NCBI RefSeq assembly: GCF_902459465.1
Contig: NC_047067.1
Location: 5,704,001-5,768,000, forward strand
Reading direction: 5' to 3'
Origin: Asterias rubens
Taxonomy: Eukaryota
DNA length: 64,000 nucleotides
Shown: one piece after another, positions 48,442 to 61,384 of the stretch
Layout: the number at the start of each line of letters is the position of its first letter
Numbering within the stretch: the stretch's first letter is position 1
The notes under the pieces: generated by a model
Database searches by the model: none
What the model was told of the DNA's origin: nothing
Seen by the model: only the letters and a program-made list of their open reading frames with translations
Translations under genes and position numbers: made by a program

Positions 48442-50028
48442 CTACTTGATATATCTCCACTTGACGAGATCTGCCGGCGGGATTCCCGTTCTGCGCTTCT
48501 TGTTGTCTGTCACACGTGAGAAGAAGAATCCACAAGTTGGCTTGGCCAGGGTGGCAAAGGGGGCAACGGAATTGGTCTTTATCCCTCCTTCTTGGAGGCA
48601 GTGGGTGAGAGGTTGTGGTGATTCATACGGTATCTAATATGAAACAGATTTTGTGACAAATATTAAGTTGAGTTTCGGATGAAATAAGGCTTGTTTGGTT
48701 TGTAGCTTGAACGTGTAGTTTTTGAGAAGGTAGTTTCACACTCAATACTAAAAGACTTAAGACCTTTTTTAGGCATCTGAAAGCACACAAATTCGTGCAA
48801 CAAAAGTGTGTTTTTTTGGGGGGTGCAACTTCGATGACTAATTGAGTCCAAATTTCACAGAGATTTTCTTCTATGCATATGTTAGGATAGGCCTGCACCA
48901 AGTGAGAATACAGGTATTTGACAATTGTCGAAGGTGTCCAGTGCCTGTCTGCAAGAAAAGCACCACGAAAATTTCGCCTCGTTGGCGCCTCAATACAAAC
49001 ATGAAATCGTGTGCAATTTCGACACCATTGTAAACAGAAAATAGGTTGGTGTGGGAGTTGATTTGAACCTGAAGGGCATGTCTTATTGGGTTAAAGGGGA
49101 GTTCCAAGTAATAATTCCACTATTTGAAGGTTGGAAACTAAGGTTATGTCAACTGTTTGACTTTGAGACACGAAACGCAATACCTCCCACGAGGGGAACA
49201 GTCTCTTTGTCTGCTTAAGTAAGGCTGGAGCGAAGGGTGTTGTTGTCAAAATAATTGCAATCATACTTATTGTGAAAATCCTTATATAATCTGAGATTTC
49301 TTTATAAATCTGAGCTAAGTTGTTCTTCAAACCTTGAAAAATTTTGTAGTATTTTTTTGTGGTATGGGAATAGTAGATGAATAGTATGTGAAATCAAAGT
49401 ATCGTGTTTTGTATACTTTTTCTCTGCACCAGGGGCCAATTTCTTACACTACAGCAGAAAATACTGCTCAGCAATTTTCTCTGCTAAGTAAAAATTGAAT
49501 GGAGAACAGTCACAACAATGTAAACTGGTTTAACATTGGTTGGCAACCTATTCCTGTTAAGCAATACTTTTTTGTGTTAAGCAAGTTTTGGGTGGAACCA
49601 GTCACAACAATGTAAACTTTATGTACAATGTTGTCTGGTAACCTTTTCTGTTAAACAGTATTTGTTTGTTTGTGCTAAGCAATGTTTGTGTTAAAAAGTT
49701 ACAGGCTCTGTGAAAGGGTCGGCATTGGATTTACCTCAGATGTTGGGCTTGGTCCTCTTAAGTTCGGCCACATCATGCTGTTCACCGGAGACGACGAGAC
49801 ACCGACCCCAGCTAGTGGGTCACTCATGTTCAGATGACGGGAGTACTTGCTTCCACCACGCATCCCACCGCTCCTCCGGGCCGGCTGCCCTCCCGTGATA
49901 TACGCGTGCCAGAAGGCCGGGTTAGGGAGGTTGGACTGCCCGTACTTCTCACCCGGTGGAAAGGCAGCTTCCTTGGAATCCCCGTAGTAATGTTGGTTGA
50001 TGAGCCCCTGGTAGCCGGAGTTAGGCAT
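48442..50028 (-). CDS. Uncharacterised 161-aa protein, 2 coding exons
   Basis: Exon 50028-49735 (MPNSGYQG...PTSE|gtaaat) joins in phase 0 to exon 48633-48442 (acceptor catattag; IPYESPQ...AKPTCGFFFSR...KWRYIK*). Both exons are GC-richer than their flanks. I do not recognise the family. Confidence 0.7.
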
Positions 50029-51176
50029 GGTGGATAGTTGGTGGTTTGAACTGACACTTCTTGGTTGGGAAAGGTGGCGTTGGTGTAGCTGATAACTCTA
50101 CCAGGTTCTTGTGACAGAGGTGTACATGTATGTGCCGCCTACAATCAAACACAACATGCACACACGACCAACCCTACAAAAAACAAGTACCGAAAACGTC
50201 TCCAGATGCTATCTTGTCTGAAACTTCTCAGTTGGAACCGTTGGTAGAATCCTCTGTAGTTGATGAAGAAGCTACAAGATTTTTCTCCTGATTTTTGGTC
50301 CAAAAAATCACTAAGTGTGGCAACGAAGTTGGTTAAAGCTTCGCTCTCGACACACGCTGTCTGACAAACTGATCCGTTGACAGTAGCGCACTAGTTGCTA
50401 ACGTGATGTAACGACAAGACAACTTATTGTACTGTATTGATTATGCGTCAATCATCGTGTATGCGTACCTCCTAGAGAGTGAGGTGAAGCGAACACACGC
50501 ACAGAACGAACTGTACACAAAGTTACATTGTGACGAAACAGGAAAACATAGATTGGTCTTTTGCCTGTGCGCAAACTCTTTACGCATGCAAGCAAGCGTC
50601 AAGGCCACTCTTTCTATGGTGGCATTGCTTCAAAAAGTTTGTATACATGTACAGAGCGATACATGTGTAAGTTATTCACAGAATTGGCAGGAACTCTTAT
50701 AAGAGAAATGAAAATTGTCTGAAAAGTTTGGTAATCCTTGTCTAATTTTTCAATTCCACACACACACAAAAGTAAATGACCGCGGTGTCTAGGCTAGGTT
50801 CGGCACTGTGTAAATTTCATTCACAAAAAAACGCGCAACCGTACGCGCAACGCTCTTGTTGTTACCCCCCGTTCACTACGTCATCAAAGCATGGGTCAAA
50901 ATGACGCGCAGTGGGTAAAGCCACGCCCACATATGTAAGACAATGATATGCAAATGAGTTGTGAACGCGCCAAGTTCAGTTGTTGTTTGTGTTGACAAAA
51001 ATTTGCCGTTTTGTGGTAGAGCACTTGACATACACCAACCACTGCAGGGCATTAGGGTGGAGTTTTCTGCTCTCGTCTACGTCCACTTTTAGGGCAGGCT
51101 TTCTTGTTTCGTCTGAGAATCCTTGGTCTCGTTTGCCGTTATCTGCGGCATTGCGAATGGGGATCCTGCAGTCGCG

Positions 51177-54100
51177 ATGGCTCAAGCAGGCGTGGAGGAC
51201 GTCCGTGGTTCACATCCACCACCAAGCATTGACATCATAGACGTATCTCGAACAGTCCAGTCCACTGATCTGTTTACTCCGTACAGGGAGCCAAGAGTAA
51301 CACTGCCTACTATCGGGTGAGTTCTTATTCACTTAAAGCTTGTCGATTCTCCATTAGGGGGCCTTTGGCATAGGCATACGCCTAGATCTCTGTTAGTTAT
51401 AGTCATTCCAGCCCCTACATTATGTCATCAGCCATAGTCCTTCTAAGTTCTAGTTTATACACAACATCCCAACCCGCTTTTTGATTTGTTTTTCGCTCCC
51501 TGTTTGTCTTGTTTCCTTGTTTCTAGTGTGTCTGTGTAGGCTGTCTTCTACAAGTCTTGGCTTGATCCGACAGCCTCTTTATTTGGTTATAGATTAACTT
51601 TTTTTCCCCTCCATCCTCTGTGCTTATTATTTTGCTGTTGGTGTAATATTGTATTTACGTTATATCTTAAGAAGAGTATGAAGTAGAAGTTGCATTGATT
51701 TTATTTTAATTTTAGTTTTAAATTGAAGAACAAAACTACGCTAAAACTTTGGACAACATAGCTACCGACATTCCCATACTCTTATCCCAGTCAGTTTAAT
51801 CCTTATTTTAATTCTCATTCTCAATTTAATTCTTAGAAAAATCAGAAGAAAATTCAGTCATTTTCCGGCAAACATTATTGTCGGTGATCATCATCTTTTC
51901 CCAACAGAGAGTTCCAGCAAAACGCTCTTCCGTTCGGCGGTAAATACTGGGGTGGACCCTTGACGGAGTACGGTGGGATAGGCGACCTGTCATTCCGTAG
52001 TCGACAGCGAGTGAGAGACTTAGAAGTTACACGAAGTCACAGGCATTACAGAAGTGGATTCAGTCAATAGTAAGGATGTTTCTAATGAGCGACTGTGGCT
52101 GCGACTCGACCATTGGCATTACAATAAGCGGCTGCAGCCATAGCCACCAATTCGGACATTAAAACCACCTACACCTGTGACTTAAACATTTTGATCGAAG
52201 TCATTGTTTTCTAGGCCCTTTTCATAGAGCTGCTTAAGCACAAACATATGCTAAGCACAACAAAATATGCTTACCAGCATTAGGATACCAGCCAAACTAC
52301 TAGGTCACTTGTACCATGGCTGGTATCCTGGTTATTTTTGCGTTGCAGAAACATGTTAAGCAATCATTTCTGCTCTATGAAATTGGGCCCATAGCTCTGC
52401 TTTCCTGCAAGCACAAAAACTTGCTACGCACATAATAGTATTGCTTAGCAGAAATAGGTTAGACCAAACCTACATTAAGTTTTAATTGCTTGTGGTTGGT
52501 GCCACACTAAACTTTTGCCTAGCAAAGTGATTCGTCAAGCAGTATTTTCTGTTTAACGGCTTTATGAAATAAAAACCCAGTTATAATGCTTTGTGAACAT
52601 GTGCAAAACTCCGCGGTAACAAAGCCAAGAAATTAAATCTTGGGTTTGAGTAATGGGATACTTATATGAACCTCATCCTCGTAATTAATTTGAACATTAA
52701 TTTTTTCTGGGGAAAAACGGGCTGCTAGAGAGACACATATTTTGACTTAACAATTCTCGAGTCAGCTGAGGCCTTATGTACTTGTTTACTGCACTGTAAC
52801 TTGTTTCAATGATGCCACGATTGTAAGATTTTAGTTTAAAACGTTTTACTACATTAAACTTTTGTGAAAAGCTGCTTCTTTCTCCTTTTCCTTCTGTTCA
52901 GCCTGACGGATATTCAGCCGTATCGACGAACAGAACTTCATCTCAGCGAGTGTCGTCTCAATGACCAAATGTGAGTCTTCTTTATGCAATCTCTATAAAA
53001 TACGAACATTATAAAAAGGCAAGTTTTAAGGAAATGCTCATTCTTGTTTTTATAATTGTTATTTCTTTGTATATTTGTTCTTTTATAGACTACCTGCTCC
53101 TTTACAAGCAGATATCAGCAGGTACGTTTACCATGTAAAGTCGTTGATTTTAAGATTGAACGAATTTGTCACCAATCGGCATTATTTTGAAAATACCAAA
53201 AAAGACTCAAACTGCACAAGACAGTGGTGTTACAACCACTTTGGGGGTTAGAGGGGTTTGAGCTCAGAGCTTTTGATTAAATTCAATTAAAATCAATTCA
53301 TTTGATCATCGTTGTGAAAACATATTAAATTCGTTTTCCATTGTACAGCATCTAAAAAAAAGTACAATAAAACTACACCAAGAGACACTAAAATCCACAA
53401 CACGAAGTTTATTATATATAAATTGAGTAGAGTGGCCATTCCATCGGGTATGGTATCAGGGGTGGATTTCACAAAGGTAGTCCTAACTTAGGACTAGTCC
53501 TAGGCAATGCTAAGAGATAGGACCAGTCCTAAGTTAGGATGAGTTACTGGTCCTAACTTAGGACCAGTGCTATCTCTTAGCATTGCCTAGGACTAGTCCT
53601 AAGTTAGGACTACCTTTGTGAAATCCACCCCAGGCCTATTGTTCACTGTCTTTATGATACAAACTCCTTCGAAACTTTCACGGCTTATTTGATGATTGAC
53701 AATGTTGTACCTGTTTTCCCTTCTTCATCTTTGAGATTGACCTGGCAGCGCGAGCACCCATGGCCGGACAGCCGAGCGTACGGGACTCACCACTCTATCT
53801 TCGAAGTTTTCCCGCCCGTCAAACCAGAACTTCCGCTAACAGAAAAAGGTTTGCGCCAAATTTGATTATTGGTACTTTACATTAAGCATACTTGATAACA
53901 CTTATTGACAGTGATAATAACCAAACCTATGTTTTTCCATTATTTTCAGAACCGCATCATAACTACAGAAGCCGAAATGCGCAGGTAAGTGCAGCAAATG
54001 GAACTCCGGGAGTCCAAGAATTAATTCAACTGACAATTATTGTTCAGAAAATCCATGACCACGTCCTTTGGTAAAGGACTCGAAAGTCATTGTTAACACT

Positions 54101-55533
54101 GCTGTTGCAGCCACTGGTGTACCGTGTCCGAAGTTGCCTCATTCAGAAAAACAAATTATCAGTGTTTCGCTTTACATTCATATGCTGTTGGTACCCCTGA
54201 AATAAAACATTTTCTATGAATATACTAGTATACGAGTTTTACCTCCTTCTGTTCTGCATCAAAAAACAACTTATATCTTTGTGTTACATTTGGAAGAAAA
54301 GAGATATTCTCAATATCAAACATAATGATTCCATAAGATTCAGTTTCTCTTTTTTAAATCTCACAATTTGTTTACTTTTTCATTTCACTCATTTTTACAA
54401 CGAAGCCGCTCGTGAAAGCAACACAGAAAGCGCTACTGGAGCTAAGCAGGAAACTCTACCAGTCTACACTCTACCAAGATTCATACCTCAATTATTGTAA
54501 ACCGCGCCAAAACTCTAGCACGACAGCCTCACTATTGCCACGACAACCGGGACAGCTTCAGCCACACCAACCTAAGGATGACATTTCAGATACTATTACG
54601 TCATCTACCCCACTCGCGAAGTCAGACTCTTCAGAGAAAGACGAAGAGAATGAAGAAGACGAAGAACAAACGGGTGATCAAGAGGAATGTCTTAGCGGGG
54701 ACGAGGAGGAAAATGAAGAGGATGGCAATGGGGAGGAGGGCGAGACCAATGACGTCAGCTCCGATGAAGTCACCACAGATGACGACCCTCAAACCCCCGA
54801 GACCACTATTCGTCACTTCGAGATCACACCCAACAAACAAATGACAGGCATTGGGCCGTGTTGGCCTCCCGGCTCAAGCTACGTCATCGAAAACATCAAT
54901 GGGGCCCAGATGTTGGAGCGAAGGGACATCGTCTGTTGCCATAGCAACGCCACGCCCTTGGGAGAGAAGAAGCAGCAACAGCTGATGTCTGCAAGACGAA
55001 GACTATCAAAACGATATGAGGAAATCGTTGCTGGGAGTAAAAACACTGGGAGCTCATCGTCCTTAGTTGCCAATTTGAAGTCAAAAGACGCCATCTTGAA
55101 ACAGAAGTTGCAGCAATTGCTGGTTCCTAACCCACTCAATCAAACACAAGAGCCAACTTTACAGACCAATCACATCACCGCACCCCTGCCTGGTGCAGAC
55201 CGTGACGTCACAACTGGAACTGCCTTAAGACTGCCAGCACTTCACAGCAGTCAGAAACTTGACTCCTATTCTCCCTTTCTCATCCCAACAAGCTACCACG
55301 ACAGGCTAAGAAAACTGAACAGTTTACCCTGGTCACCGTACCACCGCGGCACAGACGTGCAAACAGAACCCACCATTGAAAAGAGCCTCCTCGCACCACC
55401 AGGAGTGACGTGGAAGGGGAAAACCCAGCTAGTTCTTCCCCCAGCTCCGCTAGCTGACTGCCTGTCATCATCTGGAACCCGAGTTCCTCATAAACTGGGG
55501 TTGAGATACAAAAGTGAAGCTCACAAACGGTAA
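51177..55533 (+). CDS. Uncharacterised 505-aa protein with an acidic low-complexity tract, 6 exons
   Basis: Exons 51177-51316, 52902-52970, 53089-53121, 53736-53848, 53950-53984 and 54406-55533 are phase-consistent (1518 nt). The last exon is the 373-aa ORF in the track. Two acceptors are the less common GAG and AAG type. Confidence 0.72.
53460..53630. mobile_element. 171-bp near-perfect palindromic MITE with CAG target-site duplication (PIF/Harbinger-like)
   Basis: CAG|GGGTGGATTTCACAAAG...CTTTGTGAAATCCACCC|CAG, with arms of about 80 bp. Confidence 0.88.
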
Positions 55534-56869
55534 GGTCAAATTCTGGTTTCCTCACATTAACAGTTGGCCCTAAATGCTAAACTCAGTCACTTTTATATTT
55601 GTCAACAATAATCGGTAGCAATGATTTAGCCGGTAACCTTTTCTTCTTTGTTACAGTAAAATGTTACCGAGGGAAAGCGGACTTTTGTTTGCTATTTATG
55701 CAGGGAAATGTGTATTTATGTAAAAGTGTATTTCATAGCCCCAAACCAAAATCATTTGAAAGCTTGTGGTGGGCGTTGGCAACAAAATAATTTGCTTGCA
55801 CCGTTGCTTTCCTTATGGCCTTTCTGCTTGCACGAAACAGTGAAGAATCAAGTGCCTTTTGGTGTTTATTTTCACAGCTCTGTGTCATAAAACTGAAATT
55901 ACAATCCGTATCTGTTATTGATCTTTCTTGTTGATAGGTACCACCTAATGCACCCGGACATTGTACCAGATCTGAGAACCAAAGAAGGGAAAAAATACTT
56001 CTTTTGCGGTTTCCACTCCTCCGTTTTCAGAGGGTAGTTTATCACAAGAGGGCGCTCTACTATGTTCATCAGAGTGAAAGTGGACATTAAAACACACGAG
56101 AGGGCGCGATTTTCAGACATCAACATACACTTTTTATATGAAACTTATGTACATCATCAAAGTATAGGCCGATATCGTGTTTGCTAAAGTTCATTGTCCG
56201 AATGTTTGTCTTTGAAAAAATTACAGTTCACAAAACAAAACATTACATTTTGGACATTTTTTGCACATGCACTCGAGCACAGGCTCTTTTATAAACTATT
56301 AATCACATTTTCTGCAGTTGGACACCCTAGGCTATAGGTCGATGACATTGTTTGGTACAGGTAATTTCTTAGCAAAATGTTTGCTAAAGATTCACAACTG
56401 CAGTCTCGAACACTCATCGTTTGATGCTTTGAAAAAAAATGTCTAGTCGTTTCGTTTATATCCTCGCAAATTAATGTTTGACACTTCAGCAGTATTAAAA
56501 GGGCATAACATTAATTTGTCTTACATTCTGTAAGCTGTTTCTTAAAAACTTCGGGAATCTAGTTGTTGTTTTTTGGTTTTTCAGCCACTCTCTGGATTTC
56601 AGTATGTCCTGCTATAGTCGGCAGACTGTTTTAGATAATCATTTTTTTATCGACTACAAAAAATGTTGTTACATTCCGCAGCTATGATTTCGGTATTTTA
56701 AAAACAGTTATAAAATCCAAACCGGTTACGATAGTCATTTCTGGCGTGCCTTCATTGTTCAGTGTTTCAATTTCATTTCGTTTCCTTATTATTTTTTCCA
56801 AAGCGAATTGAGATAATACAAATTATCTTCCTTTAAAACATTACTAAACCCAAGGGACCGGATGTTGTG

Positions 56870-57147
56870 AAATTCATGAGCTTGGAGACAATAGCATTTG
56901 TGAAAATTAGTTCATGAAATGAAGTAAATGACTATGAGGAAACGGATATTTGGGCTGGAATTGTCGAGAAAGATGTCTCAGCACTGGACTCGAGGGAACA
57001 TGCAGACTTGAAATACATTATTTCCAAGGACCTCCATCACGAAACCCAGACCGTACCGTCAAAACCACATGCTCACCCCGTTCCTCCTGCCGGTGCCGGC
57101 CCCGCACACACGCACGTACGTCAGCGGCTCCCGTCGAATCGATCCAG
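56870..57147 (+). other. Candidate first exon of a gene whose remainder was not identified
   Basis: A GC- and CpG-rich patch ends at a donor-like ccag|gtaccg followed by T-rich intron-like sequence. The 5' boundary is approximate. Confidence 0.35.
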
Positions 57148-58399
57148 GTACCGCTGTGCCCTTTAATGTTTTTGAGTTAAAACTTTTTTGTCTGGTTTTG
57201 ATTAATTGTTTTCTTTTGCCAATTGGGAGGGTTTTATCATTTTGTTTCTTCTGGATGGGTTGCTATAAAGAGTAGCCATAGGAATTCACCATGGTTCGGT
57301 TGAGTTTGACTTGACCCGTTCCCAGCGAAATCCCGCCGATGCCTTTTGGTTTTGGACCATCCAGAACCGCCACTGTCTGAGTTTGACTGTATGTTACAAA
57401 AGTAATGCCGGAAAACAGTATAAACTGTTCCAAACTGATTACCAACAAAACCAACCTATTGTGTATAAAAAAATATTATAAATTTGTTTGTATGGTCTCA
57501 CGCCCGACCCCTTTATGAGAGTTCCAAACGCCACCCCTCTGGTAAAGTAATAGCCTTGAATTTCTGTGTGGTGAGTGTAAACGGTCATTCGGTTTAACGT
57601 TTGTGCACACTGTATTTTGTGATTGCGTGTTGAGAATTGTTCGCTGAACTTTGTGTGGAGTATAGTATTGTTGGTTTCCTGTCAAAAGTTTGCACGCAAC
57701 ATAACCCGTTACAAGTTTTTATTCTGGACATTTTAACTGACTGTTATCAAGCCGGTAAGTGTTGTCATTTCGTTCATATGATTTACGACCACCATCTTTC
57801 TTGTTATAATAAAAACTTATTTCGAACAGTCACTTTTTGAACGGTAAACAATTGATTGAACGTTAATTCTGTGTTGTGTTGTGCGTTAGGTTCAAATGTA
57901 TTGCCATGCAAATGTACCTTAACCAGTTGTGGTATGGATTCGAAGTAGAGTTGGTGTTATTTCTTTCCACTTTGACTAAAACTGTTTAAAATTGAATTCC
58001 TTGTTCCTAATAAATGTATAAGACTAAGCTAAAAATATAAATTTAGTGGTTAATTTAAACATTTTGGGGAGTAACTTTAATGCTCAAAGAAAAATACGAA
58101 CCCGTTCGCCAGTTTTCACTTTAGTACTAGTTTTTAGTAGTATAAAATACAGTGGATGTCGGACACTTCGTACCTTTGCCACTTCGTACCCTGGACACTT
58201 CATACCTTCGGGACACTTCGTACCGTACCCAAATTGGTCACTTCGTACCGTGGGCGGGGTACGAAGTGACCATCAGATAAGTCACTTCGTACCGTCAGCC
58301 GAGTAGTATACGTCTGGGTTTTATTGCTCTGCTTTTTGAACTGATTGAAGAAGTTAAATTTGGATGGAGAAGAGTTTGTGAAGATTTTGATACTTCTGA

Positions 58400-59125
58400 A
58401 TTACTTTTGTCAAAGACTATTCTTCACAATTTTAAACCTCGACATACGCATATATAAAACAAAACATGTGAAAGTTTGAGCTCAATCGGTCGTCGAAGTT
58501 GCAAGATAATAATGAAAGAAAAAACACCCTTGTCGCACCATGGTCACACAAAGTTGTGTGCGTTCAGATGCTTGATTTCGAGACCTCAAATTCTAAATCT
58601 GAGGTCTCGAAATCAAATTGGTGAAAATTACTTCTTTCTGGAAAACTACATCACTTCAGAGGGAGCTGTAATCAAGAAAGGTTTTATGATGATAATTATT
58701 TTGAGTAATTACCAATAGTTTCCACTGCCTTTGATAATCCTGTTAAAGGCATTGGACACTACTACTCAAAATTATTATCAGCATAAAACCCCACCTGGTA
58801 AAGAGTTATGGGGAGAGGTTGATAGTATAAAACATTGTGAGAAACGGCTCCCTCTGAAGTGACGTAGTTTTCGAGAAAGAATTAATTTTCCACGAATTTG
58901 ATTTCGAGACCTCATAAGTTTAGAATTTGAGGTCTCGAAATCAAGCATCTGAAAGCACACAACTTCACGTGACAATGATGTTTTTTCTTTCATAGTTATC
59001 TCGCAACTCCGACGACCAATCGAGCTCAAATTATCACAGGATTGTTATTTTATGCATATATGTTGAGATACATCAAGTGAGAAGACTGCTCTTTGACAAC
59101 TACCAATAGTGTCCAGTGTCTTTAA
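58400..59125. mobile_element. Two adjacent MITE family A copies in opposite orientation (about 58400-58733 plus, 58743-59125 minus)
   Basis: Family A interior on the plus strand is followed about 10 bp later by a full TTAA-bounded minus-strand copy. Confidence 0.85.
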
Positions 59126-61029
59126 TAAATACTTTTACTACGCTCACTTTCATTTACAATTAAATGTAGTAACTAGTTTATAAAATATTCAGTCATCAAT
59201 CAACATCAATAAATACATTACCCAGGATTATATTTATTAAATGAAAATTACTGCCGGGAGTCGTGAATTACTTGGTTAGTCCCAACATTCTCTGAGGGGT
59301 TCCAGAGTATTGTCACTATGATGGCAGGGCATGATTTGGGATTTGTATCCCTAGACTTACTTTTACTCTGTTTTCTTTTCTTCTTTTTTCCTCAGAAAAT
59401 TAAGACTGTTTTATTAATAATCAGGCCTGAAAAGTATAAAGATAATAGTGTAATATCTATAGTGTAGTTCAGGTCTTTAATACAGTTATAATACTTGATA
59501 ACAATGTTCAGCAAGTTTCATGCCTGTTTTCCCACGGTAGGGCTATAGTTGACTTGCAATGATCGTAGATCAAGAATTACAATCATCGCAACTGTAGTTG
59601 ACCTAGTAAGCTTGGGCGCTTTTTGTCGTCTTAAAACTAAAAATAAACTTACATCCTCACTGCAGATTTCAATTTTTGTTTTATTAAAGGACCACAGGGC
59701 CGCCCCAGTTACTGGGTTTATGGTAAGCTAACAGTGCCGTATTCGTTAACTGTGTTTTCACTTGAGATCATCTTATCTTGGGGAAAAAGTAATTGAGTTA
59801 AAGTTGATGGTTTAATCATGTTGATACATAGGCCTACATCTCATTTTTATCTTACGGTTCATCATGGTTAAAATGGGCTAGTCCATCTAACTCATGTTTT
59901 GATACATGTATCTTTGAAGTGTTGGTTCTATTCCAAGTCAAGGTTCTGAACAAAAAGTGTTTCATAGTTGTAACCCAGGTGTAAATATAGGGACCTACAT
60001 GTATTAAGAGGACTGAGAGAGATTTGTGTTGGATTAACCTGCTATCACTAATTTAAAAGTAGCTTGAGATTGTACACTCCAGAGGGAGTTGAGAACGTTT
60101 TAGGAATGGTCTTTAGTAATGCATGGTGAACAAAAAAGGTAAAGTAATAATAGCTGTAAAAGCACCTAGGCTACTAAATAAGCTTACTTCCCCATTTTAC
60201 AATTAGGAGATGCCATTCATTGTGTCAATTTTTATAAAACATTTGCTTGCTTTATTTTCATGGATTGAATAGTTCTAAATACTGACAGTCTGAATATCAC
60301 ACTCTAAACCAGACAGAATTATGACACATTTGTTTAACCGCACGACTAGTACCGGTACTTAGAATTATGTACGTAATGGGCACATGCTTCATGATGCAAA
60401 ACCAATGTTGTGACGATAACATTCTATAACCTAAAACCACAGAGGAGGGCAGAAGTCTAATTTCCCCCCTCCATGTTTTAAACCATGTACCTCTGCTATC
60501 CTCCATTGCCCTCTCTATACAAAAAGTGACTGGTTCAGCGAAAAGAAGAATGCTGCTCTTCTATATGATGACTACGTGGGAAAAAATTCATATGAAAGGG
60601 AAAATCACTGATCTGTGTCAATATTTCTTTGTTGAGCCACTACGAGGGCGCACAGAAATGTCTATCATACACTCTCTGTACTTCGAATAGTGGGTCCTTC
60701 GTGGTGGAGCATTGTATTTGGTTGTTGACTGTATTGTGAAGCATCCATACATAACCTGCCTACACATTACATACCATGGCAACCTAACTTTGCTGTGGAT
60801 CACTCGAATGTATTCAAGAACTCAAATGAACCCAGGACACCCACAGTGTTTTCCATGGTGCCCTGTGCTTTGCAGTAGTTTCCCAATATTTTGCACATAT
60901 TTCCTAATACAAGTTTACATTTTCCTCAGACATTTTTAAAGAGGAAAATCACTGTGCCCCTTCGTATTGAAAAATGTGAGACGGAGTAGAACCATAGTCA
61001 GAACTGATTTGTGTCAAATACTCTGACAC

Positions 61030-61384
61030 TGGAGTCTGGACACTATTGGTATTTGTCAAAGATCAGTCTTCTCACTTGGTGTATCTGAAAATCTCAATTG
61101 CATAAAATAACAAACCTGTGAAAATTTGAGCTCAATTGGTCGTCAAAGTTGCGAGATAATAATGAAAGAAAAAACACCCTTGTCACACCAAGTTGTGTGC
61201 TTTTAGATGGTTGATTTTGAGACCTCAAATTCTAAATCTGAGGTCTCGAAAAATTAATGGAAAATTACTGTCACTTCAACTATGTCACTTCAGAGGGAGC
61301 TGTTTCTCACAATGTTTTATACTATCAACCTCTCCCCATTACTCATCACCAAGAAAAATTAGCAATAGTGTCCACCGCCTTTAA
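61030..61384 (+). mobile_element. MITE family A copy (further partial copies near 20520, 38524, 40521, 41875-42280, 48690-48950)
   Basis: ctggacactattggtatttgtcaaaga...gtgtccaccgcctttaa. Confidence 0.85.

Noticed and set aside
49830-50057. Alternative frame MSVQTTNYPP as the real protein of the minus gene
   Set aside because: It stops at 49830, before the donor at 49734, whereas the MPNSG frame splices in phase to the 48633 exon.
50300-50960. RFX X-box motifs in the divergent promoter
   Set aside because: Only half-sites (ggcaac, gttgct, gttacc) are present; no full palindromic X-box.
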